Source of the DNA: Neobacillus vireti | Lineage (GTDB): Bacteria > Bacillota > Bacilli > Bacillales > Cytobacillaceae | DNA: 32,000 nt | Assembly (NCBI RefSeq): GCF_036962345.1 | Contig: NZ_JBALNB010000017.1 | Span: forward strand, 124,190-156,189 | Direction: 5' to 3' | The notes under the pieces: model-generated | What the model was told of the DNA's origin: nothing | The model's database searches: none | What the model saw: the letters and a program-made list of their open reading frames with translations, nothing else | Shown here: piece after piece, positions 8,430 to 16,500 of the stretch | Numbering within the stretch: position 1 is the stretch's first letter | How the letters are laid out: each line of letters opens with the position of its first letter | Translations under genes and position numbers: made by a program

Positions 8430-9117
8430 CTTAATCACCTGAAGGAAACATCGTTCTACTCTTTTGCTCTTTTTCCCTATTTACTGTTTCTTTTAATTCC
8501 ATTCAAGCTTCTCCCTTGCATTTATTTGGATGAGTAGCAAGTTGCTTATGCTTATCTATCTTCCTTTATTTGTGCGGCCTCCATAAGAGCCACATCCGAT
8601 ATCGATTCTTCCTCATTTAAATCTAGCTAAACGGATAATCTTTATTTGCACTTGGATAATATGACCTTACTTAATTGTCATACTGCTGCTGTTTTCCAGT
8701 TCAAAGAGAATCGCCAATTAGTTTTTCAAGCGATTTTCTATTTCTCAAAAAAAATAATTGTAGGTAGATGGTTGTGAGTATTACTATCGAGTAAAGTGGT
8801 AATAGTTCGAATGATGATTTAGATGGGGGAGTAAAATAGAAGTTTGGAACAACATTATGTCACTTGTTCCAAAGCATGCTCTCGCTAAGGCTAAGACGAT
8901 TCTGAAATCAGTCGATGGCAAAAAAATAGCAGACGGGTCTCTTATAGATGGGGAAGAAAATATGTATTCGTGGTTAAAAAACACGCGTGGTAATCTTTAG
9001 TAGAATTAGTAAGGAAGAAACGATTTATATCAAACCTATCATACACCAATTTTCAAAATACTTCATTCAATTCTTCTGTGAAAATAAAAAACTCTTTGGC
9101 TAAGAGCTTCTCTCAGC

Positions 9118-9240
9118 CACAGTGTGAATTTAATTGGTCGATCTCACAAACCTTAAAATGGTTCAACCATCAATACCGACCACATTGTATGATGGCTGAT
9201 ACCACTAATAAAAGAATCATCAGAACCGTTACCGGACCTC
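9118..9240. repeat. REP-like element, copy C (degenerate, long form)
   Basis: The segment 9140-9233 aligns by eye with the interior and right arm of copy H (GATCTCACAAA...CGACCACATTGTATGATGGCTGATACCACTAATAAAAGAATCATCAGAACCGTTACC). The left arm has decayed. The right end abuts the stop codon at 9240. Confidence 0.55.
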
Positions 9241-9761
9241 TATTCGGGAATTACTTCATATGCAAGCTTAATAATAACATCCTTGTATTGAGGATATTTT
9301 GCCAAGAGATCAGCCTGTGTGAACAATTCAAAGTCCTGAAACTCAAAGCCTGGTGAAACCATACACCCTACTAAAGAAAATGTGTCGTCACCCATAACAG
9401 ACGATCCAAAGATAGAATTTTTTGGAACCAACGCTTGTGGTACTTCTCCTTGATCCAAGTCTAATCCTAATTTAAATTCTTTATATTCCCCATTCTCATC
9501 AATAATATGAACCGTTAATGGACTTCCTGCGTGATAATACCATAGCTCATCGGATTTCAAACGATGAAAATGAGATACGTCATTTGAAGTTAAGAGAAAG
9601 TAAATACTTGTATAAAGCCTGCGCTTCCCTTCAAAATTCACTGTTAATTCTTGATCAGAAGTCCTTTCCTCTGATGCAAATGTACTTTTATAATATCCAC
9701 CTTCTGGATGTGGCTCCAGCCCGAGCTTTGATACAAAATATTGTGGATCCATATTATCCAT
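9240..9761 (-). CDS. Cupin-superfamily protein (DUF985-like)
   Basis: HPEGGYY, SIYFLL and HRLKSDELWYYH are typical of the DUF985 cupin family. AGGAGG lies upstream. Confidence 0.75.
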   Translation of the reverse strand: MDNMDPQYFVSKLGLEPHPEGGYYKSTFASEERTSDQELTVNFEGKRRLYTSIYFLLTSNDVSHFHRLKSDELWYYHAGSPLTVHIIDENGEYKEFKLGLDLDQGEVPQALVPKNSIFGSSVMGDDTFSLVGCMVSPGFEFQDFELFTQADLLAKYPQYKDVIIKLAYEVIPE

Positions 9762-9940
9762 AGTAAAATACCTCCTGCTACAAAAGGATTGTGGTTTTTA
9801 GCTTACCAAACATACAATCATATAATCAAATGGTCTGAAGCCACGGAGATGGTTCGAAGCCACTGAGCCAATTTTTTTAAAAAACTGCTGGTTTTTTCAA
9901 TAATATGGTAAGAATGTGAAGTTAAAGGTAGGATATGTTT

Positions 9941-10013
9941 TCAGTGGCTTCGGACGGTTCTCTTGGTTCCTAATAAGGTTAGTTTGGACCACAAGAACCG
10001 TCCCCTTGGTTTC
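9941..10013. repeat. REP-like element, copy D (short form)
   Basis: The sequence is GGACGGTTCTCTTGGTTCC...GGACCACAAGAACCGTCCCCTTGGTTTC (cores 9952-9960 and 9994-10005). It differs from copy E at 5 of 64 positions by eye and overlaps the stop codon at 10012-10014. Its left flank TCAGTGGCTTCG (9941-9952) is the inverted repeat of CGAAGCCACTGA (9855-9866). Confidence 0.8.
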
Positions 10014-11967
10014 AAATTTCTTTTACAATCCTATATCCACCCATCTGCATGGTTTGATAAAGCTCCAGTACGACATCACTGTCATATTTTTGATAGTCTT
10101 CGCCTGTTATTTCTTCGATTTTCTTCAGGTCATCATAGGAGACTAAACAAGCATGAAGCCTTTTGTCAGGGTCTTTCGTTTTCCCATCAACAATTTCTTC
10201 AAGAATGTCCCACCCTCTAAGAAAATGGAAAGCATTCCAACGGTGATGTTCAGCGGCCCCTAGTAACGTAAGGTGTTCCTGCGCTGCTGCGATGTACTCT
10301 TCTGGTGTTAAGGCTTTATGACCGCTTTTCTCTATTTCACCTGCAGGAACTGCCTTTAACCCCATAAGCATAAGCTTTACTTCAGCATGATTGAGCTGAT
10401 TCCGATTGGATTCTTTTAAGAAGGTTGAAAGTTGGTCCCACGTTCCCTGTTTCTTTTTCGCCCCCTCTTCCTTGCTCTTTCGATAAGCTTCATGAATATT
10501 TTTTGCGCGATCTTCCAATTGGTCATTGACAACATAATCATAAGTCAATATTTCCTCATAGTTTCCAAAAAGATAAAGCTTGTTAAACTTCTCTGTGTTT
10601 GTGTGCAGCCAGTGACTGATTTGGGCTTTTTCACTTAATTTTAAGTAAATCGGGAGGTGAGGTATCGTTTTGCCAAGCTGAATGCCTGCTTTAAGATCGT
10701 CAAAATCATCTTTTAAACAAACAAAAATATGCGTGTAGGCTGCTTCTGCAGCATGGACATAATCATCAATCGAATCGGTTTCAATATCAATCGTATGAAA
10801 CGTTAAGTCTGCGACCCTTTTACTTTTTGGATAGTTCTCATACCACTCTTTTTTTACTTTCTCGGCATGCTTATCCAAAATAGTTATTTTGAGTTGTGCA
10901 GAATTTATATAATGTGCCCGTTCTATTGCCTGAAGTGCCAAATGTTGACCGGTTTGGCCAAATCCAATAAATAATAAATGCAATGCTTCTCCGTTCGGAT
11001 TCCGAAGTCGTTCTTCATATCCCTTATGAAGCGGGTATTCATTAAAGAGTTTTTCTGCCACTACCTTTTGTAAATTAAATGGTTTAACAGGAAGATAGTC
11101 CGCCCGGTTCGTTTTTAGGGAGAGATCTGTTTCGATTTCTTCAAACAGCTCATAGGATTGGTGATAAGCTAGATGTACGATCACCTGCTTTAAACTCAGT
11201 GATACACCAGTTTCCTTGACAAATTCATTTAATGCGAGTATTTCATTTAAATTCTTTGAATCTTCTTCATTAAAAATAATAAAATACTCGGCACTAGATA
11301 ATTTGCATTTTTTATATAAAGAGGTACTTCCTTGTTTTCCAATCAATAAAATAACTCCTAACTCACGCATATACGTCATTTGTGATTCAGAGATTTCTTC
11401 TACGATCAAAACAACCTTTTTCTGTTGTTTGCGCAGGTTCTCTATCAACACTTTGCTTTTATGATGATAACCAGAAATAACGATATGATTTCCAAAGATC
11501 CGATATAAAACTAGTTTGAAAGATTGATTGAAAAACAAATAAATTAATGAAAATAAAGTTGAAATTGTGTAGGCAGCAGCCGTCCAGCGCGCAATCTCTA
11601 TGGCAAGCGGGTAGGTTGTGAATTTACTGGCTGATTTTGAGAAAACAGGGTCTACATCCAGCAGGAACAGACGAAACGTTGAATACAATGCATTTGTAAT
11701 TGAATAATCTTCGATTGCGTGAAATTTAAATCCGTATACTCCTGAAGTGACCGCAACAATAAATAATAATAACTGTATACGGTTATTTTTAAGAATCTGA
11801 AAATAAAAAATAAACCAATATCCACATAGGACTATCGTAACCATTGTTGCTAAGAAGAGATTGGGCGTCCTTGTTTCCAGATGAAATCCCCATAAAAGAG
11901 CAACAATTATTAGAGTAAATATGCTATAGAAAAGGACAGAGGCATGCGTATGAATGATTTTTTTCAC
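10012..11967 (-). CDS. Membrane protein with two Rossmann/RCK (TrkA-N-like) domains and a C-terminal RyR-like region
   Basis: About 5 N-terminal TM helices (aa 1-165) are followed by two nucleotide-binding-like segments (HIVISGYHHKS..., LLFIGFGQTGQHLA with GxGxxG). The C-terminus (AEHHRWNAFHFLRGW...HACLVSYDDL...YQKYD) resembles RyR repeats. The GTG start lies 6 nt after the upstream stop codon. Confidence 0.7.
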   Translation of the reverse strand: MKKIIHTHASVLFYSIFTLIIVALLWGFHLETRTPNLFLATMVTIVLCGYWFIFYFQILKNNRIQLLLFIVAVTSGVYGFKFHAIEDYSITNALYSTFRLFLLDVDPVFSKSASKFTTYPLAIEIARWTAAAYTISTLFSLIYLFFNQSFKLVLYRIFGNHIVISGYHHKSKVLIENLRKQQKKVVLIVEEISESQMTYMRELGVILLIGKQGSTSLYKKCKLSSAEYFIIFNEEDSKNLNEILALNEFVKETGVSLSLKQVIVHLAYHQSYELFEEIETDLSLKTNRADYLPVKPFNLQKVVAEKLFNEYPLHKGYEERLRNPNGEALHLLFIGFGQTGQHLALQAIERAHYINSAQLKITILDKHAEKVKKEWYENYPKSKRVADLTFHTIDIETDSIDDYVHAAEAAYTHIFVCLKDDFDDLKAGIQLGKTIPHLPIYLKLSEKAQISHWLHTNTEKFNKLYLFGNYEEILTYDYVVNDQLEDRAKNIHEAYRKSKEEGAKKKQGTWDQLSTFLKESNRNQLNHAEVKLMLMGLKAVPAGEIEKSGHKALTPEEYIAAAQEHLTLLGAAEHHRWNAFHFLRGWDILEEIVDGKTKDPDKRLHACLVSYDDLKKIEEITGEDYQKYDSDVVLELYQTMQMGGYRIVKEI

Positions 11968-11973
11968 TTTTCC

Positions 11974-12279
11974 CTATTCCTTTCGAATGTCTTTTTCAAT
12001 TTTAAATCCTAATGATAAAATCATTTTTAACGTTTCCATTGCAGTGTTACGATCATAATCTTTGTCTTCTTCCGTTAACTCTTCATATGGAACGAGATTC
12101 GGATGCATCCTTTTGCGATCGTTCCGCTCTGGTCCATAGGTCCAACCTTGTTCTATTCTTTGTGATGCCCAGACCTCATGAATATTTTTAGCTAATTCCT
12201 CCTTGAGTTCCAGAACTTCTACTGGTAACCCAATTCCCGAAGTCACAATCGGTTCTGGTTTATACGTCATTACCCTCAC
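11974..12279 (-). CDS. Stand-alone RyR (ryanodine-receptor repeat) domain protein
   Basis: LAKNIHEVWASQRIEQGWTYGPERNDRKRMHPNLVPYEELTEEDKDYDRNTAMETLKMILSLGFKI closely matches the RyR domain consensus (PF02026, recalled from memory). An alternative ATG start lies at 12270. Confidence 0.85.
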   Translation of the reverse strand: MRVMTYKPEPIVTSGIGLPVEVLELKEELAKNIHEVWASQRIEQGWTYGPERNDRKRMHPNLVPYEELTEEDKDYDRNTAMETLKMILSLGFKIEKDIRKE

Positions 12280-12285
12280 CCTTTC

Positions 12286-12401
12286 TGTGCCAAAGGTGTG
12301 CCAAAGGGACGGTTCTCATGGTTCCGAATAAGGTTCGTTTGGACCACTAGAACCGTCCCCTTGGTTTCCCCATGGTTTCCCCATGGTTTCCCCCTGGTTT
12401 C
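12286..12401. repeat. REP-like element, copy E with stuttered termini
   Basis: The core is GGGACGGTTCTCATGGTTCC...GGACCACTAGAACCGTCCCC (12306-12360). The left end TGTGCCAAAGG occurs as 2 tandem copies (12286-12307). The right end TCCCCWTGGTT occurs as 4 tandem copies (12356-12399). The element ends at the stop codon of the next gene (12402). Confidence 0.85.
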
Positions 12402-12773
12402 TTATCTCCACCTCTTAGCCAAAAAAATGCCTAAGACTATGGAAAATAACGATAGATAGAATCCAATACCTGATAGTACATAATTTGTTCCACCTAGAAT
12501 AAACAGCGCTGCTCCCGCAATGAAGCCTGTAATACTCAAACCTTTCAATATGGAATGAGATTGTTGACTCTTTTTCGCTCGTTTGATGTACTGCATTCGT
12601 ACAAATTTTTTACCTAAATAAAAATTCTTCAGACGAAATAAGCCATACAAGACTGCGAGTGCCAGAAGAAAATTAAGAACGGTCTGGAGTCCAAAGTCAC
12701 CAAATACTATGGCAAGAAAAAAAATTCCTATTACGATAAAAATAGAATTAATCATTAAAGATAGAAATCTCAA
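12402..12773 (-). CDS. Small integral membrane protein (about 4 TM), unknown function
   Basis: The product shows a hydrophobic helix pattern. The start is TTG with AGGGG upstream. I recognise no family. Confidence 0.55.
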   Translation of the reverse strand: MRFLSLMINSIFIVIGIFFLAIVFGDFGLQTVLNFLLALAVLYGLFRLKNFYLGKKFVRMQYIKRAKKSQQSHSILKGLSITGFIAGAALFILGGTNYVLSGIGFYLSLFSIVLGIFLAKRWR

Positions 12774-12854
12774 GTTTAAACGCCCCTAACTCTCTTTACC
12801 TATTACATCATTTGATTTACGATAATGGTAGATTATCATTTTTGGGGTGGACTT

Positions 12855-13538
12855 ATGTACTTTTTCAACTATTATTTCCGTTTTATAAATATTCTGGTGT
12901 TAACCTTTGTTGTAGCATTTCCCATTTTCGGGTTTGCGCTCTTCCTATTTTTTGAGCCGCAGACAGAATATCAGCTATATTTTGAAGGAAAATTCCTGGC
13001 TTTCTTTACGGTTTTTATCATTTGCTTATTTATCAGCCGGCTTCTTAATAATTTACGGCATGAAAAAGCACCTAGTAACATCATACATATTCTTTGGATT
13101 GGTCTATTAACCATGCTTCTAATTTTTTCAAGTCTGTTCGGCTTGATGATGATGAAGCAATATTTCACAGCGTTCCAAGATGACCTTCCCGTTCAAACGA
13201 AAAGTACGTTGGCACAGGTCATTCCCATCGAAGAGGAATTATTCGGACCAATCGACAACAGTTTAGTTGGTCAGATTCCATACAATGCACGCGGTAACAT
13301 GCACCGATATGGGATTCAACTCATTGATACCAATCATCAGGTCTACCAAACCGCCTACTTTGATTCATTAGATGACTATACCTTTACACTTAAAAAATTA
13401 AGAGGCGAGGTCGGCAATACTATCATCATTGACCTGCTGCCAAAATCAAAGCGAATTGTTTCCATTGAGGTTCCAACTGAATCTGGGCCATTCTATGAAA
13501 ATGAATTTCTATCAAAAGGAGAAGAAGGGAGCTTTTAG
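12855..13538 (+). CDS. Membrane protein (3 TM plus C-terminal soluble domain), unknown function
   Basis: I prefer ATG at 12855 (SD GGGGTGGA) over the track start at 12825. The N-terminus has hydrophobic helices and the C-terminal half is soluble. Confidence 0.6.
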   Translation: MYFFNYYFRFINILVLTFVVAFPIFGFALFLFFEPQTEYQLYFEGKFLAFFTVFIICLFISRLLNNLRHEKAPSNIIHILWIGLLTMLLIFSSLFGLMMMKQYFTAFQDDLPVQTKSTLAQVIPIEEELFGPIDNSLVGQIPYNARGNMHRYGIQLIDTNHQVYQTAYFDSLDDYTFTLKKLRGEVGNTIIIDLLPKSKRIVSIEVPTESGPFYENEFLSKGEEGSF

Positions 13539-16500
13539 CTGGCCCCTTCTTTTTTTTGCGGAAAGTGGTATTCCTTCCTTTTCATCGTATTTCCTTCAAT
13601 TGTCTGTAATTTGTCCCCATTCCAGTACAAACCAATCATCGGTTCATTGGTATAAAAAAGCGCTGTTTCTTTTCCTTCTGTAAGCATGAAAACCTTTAGC
13701 CAGTTGCCCAGCCCCACAGCTAGATAGTTCCCCGTTTCATCCCAAGCCAGCAGGGAATTCGCACCCAATACTTGGCCAAACCGCTGAATCCTTTGTAAGT
13801 TTGCTTTCTCACTTTCTTGCTTGGCCATGTCTTCTAAACTAGCTATCTTCTCATGCGGCAGCAACATAATATCATGTAAATAGTCAGCAAGCGCATGTGA
13901 TACACCTGTTGGGAAGCAATCAAGCTGATGGACAACTTGCTTCAATTGGACCTGAACAACAATGAATTCAAACCGCATCCCTAAAAAAGCAATTTGTTTG
14001 CTATCATGGCTCCATTCATGGTTTTCCACCAATTGGTTTAAGCTTCCCTTGGCGATTAATTTTTCGTTTATTTTTCCCTTTTTTGTACCCGCAATCTGAT
14101 AAACAAAAAATTGATTGCCAATGCAAATAGACAAGTATTGACCATCCGGACTCCACTTCATAAGAATTTGCCCCTCACTTTCAGGGCCAGCATCCAGCAT
14201 CCAGCTCTTCCCATCATTTGTATTCAGATCGATCAAATCTATCAACCCGTCAGCGTGTACAATACAAATCACTTGTCCGTTCGTTGACCACCGTGCCGTA
14301 ATGATTTCACTACTTGATGTAAACGTCTTTTTTACATAACCGCTCCGAATATTCATGATCCACACTTGATCTTTTGTCCCGAACGCTGCCAATTTTTCAT
14401 CCGCAGATAGGTGACAAAACCGGATGTTCCCTGATTTAAACGGCTGATATTGAATGATAGAGTCCTCTTTGAGATTATGAATCTGCATGTATTGACCTAG
14501 ATGCCCTGTCGCTAAATAAGATTTTGATGAAGACAGCGAACTAGAAATGATCAACGAATCGATAAATTGGGTATTAACTTGTTTGGCAGCAAAGATGTCT
14601 TCTACCTGTTTGGATAAGGCTTTTCTCCGTGGTATGAGTACATCAAAGGCTCCAGCCAATCTGTTCAGCCAGTCTGCATAATGGGCAAACACCCATAATG
14701 GATGGGTATAGGCCCAATCAACCTGATCACCATTGCTGCTTTTGGCATCCAGCTGGCGGAAATCCCATATCGTTACCTTTCCGTCAACGGTAATCGTAGC
14801 AAGGAGCCCGTCCTTAAAATCGATTGTCAGCAAGGTTTCGGAAGCTGGCAAGGCAAGCCGCAGCTTGCCATGTCCAGATTTTCCCTCCCAAACAAAGATT
14901 TCGCCTTTATCTAAAACTGAAAGAATTTTCGTTTGATAAAAATAATGCCGGCCGATTTCCAAACCAATGGTACTATCTTCCCTTACGCCGCGTTCAATAT
15001 TCCAAACCATGATTCCAGTGCTTTCACTTGTCCATAAGAAGCCCTCATCGTCATAGTACATGTAATGATAGAGAGAGGTATCTGGCATGAGTTGATATTT
15101 CGAGCGCAGCACTTTCTTTTCGGTCTGGTTATGAACATCCCAAATCACCATTTTTCGATAATCTGAACTAAACTTTGCTTGATACCAGATCGCGAGTTCA
15201 TCCCCATCACGTCTCCAGGCTAATTGAAGAACGGCCTGATCGATGGGCTTACACGTAACCTTCTCTTGGGATGGCAGATGGATGATTTCAACTATCCCTT
15301 TCTCTGTGCCAACGGCTAGGTCTTCACCATTCGGCCTCCAAGCTAGATTTAAGATGGTCTCTTCTACCTGTGTCTCGTAAACACACGTAAAAGTAGATGA
15401 TTCCAAGATACTCAGTTTATGGTTACTGGCAAGCGCTAGGAGATCCTCCTCCTCCGAAAAAACAACGTGTTTAATCGTACCAATTCCCGGATAATGCTGA
15501 TTGATTTCTTCGCCTGTATAGATATCCCAAATTTTAATAACGTCGTCATGAATGGTTAATAATTGCCTGCCATTTGGATGCCATTTACAAAAAGATAAAT
15601 CAATATCTGGCAATTGAAAGGTATGTTGATAATAATCTAAATCAAGATCCTGACCTTGATTGGAAAGAAGATATTGGATACTTTTCTCTTCATACCAGCG
15701 TTTTGCCTCACGAAATACCTTTGAACCTTCAGGCATTCTGATCGCAAATGGTAAAATTTGCTCTGGGAACTGCACAAGTAAACTATGGTGAATTTGACAA
15801 AAACGTGAAAAATCATCTGCATACTGTGTGGAATGCCTGGAACCTTCCTGCAAGTTTTTCAGATTTTCATAGTCTCGCAGTAAATCATGAGAAAGTTTTG
15901 TTTGTATCTTTGACTGGAGGAAGTTGAAATCTGTTAACAGGCTTTCCATTTGTCGATCATATCCTGACTGATACAATTGGAGTGGAAGTTCGAATGCCTT
16001 GCGATGATTCGGAATCTGACTTTCTTCTCCGTCCAAAAAATTCTGCTTATCTTGAAAATAGTCGGCGATTTTTTCATGAAAATCTTGCTTTAAATAGGTC
16101 TCTTTAATTTTCCGGCCAATTTGACGGTGGTAAAAGCTATAGATATAGGAACCATTCTCATTTCTCTCCATCAAATAGGGCTCAAGATCATTAAACAAGC
16201 GCGCCCAAATGACTACGGGCAAGTTTTTCCCGAGATACTCATGCTTAGCCTTACTATAAAAATCTTCCATTACATCACTGTTTTCCGATAACAATGCAAG
16301 TAACTCAGCCTCTTCCAAGCCGTTCCTTGAGGCTGCCAAAAGGCCGAACACATGGTTGATTAAGACAGATCCATGGTTCGATGGATGGGACAATCGCTCA
16401 AAAAACTGCTCTAATATTCCATCAATGCTAGGGAGAAGAGGTCGCTTCTCTTGAAAGGAGGTCCATAATTTCACCTCTTCAAATGCAAGCTTTAAATATA

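Noticed and set aside
8857-9000. 47-aa ORF (MSLVPKHALAKAKTILKSVDGKK...) in the gene-free region
   Set aside because: It has no good Shine-Dalgarno at suitable spacing and no recognisable family. I kept it only as a note.
9078-10220. ORFs 9078-9356, 9518-9763, 9916-10146 and 9963-10220
   Set aside because: They overlap repeat copies C and D or lie antisense to the cupin and RCK/RyR genes. None has an RBS.
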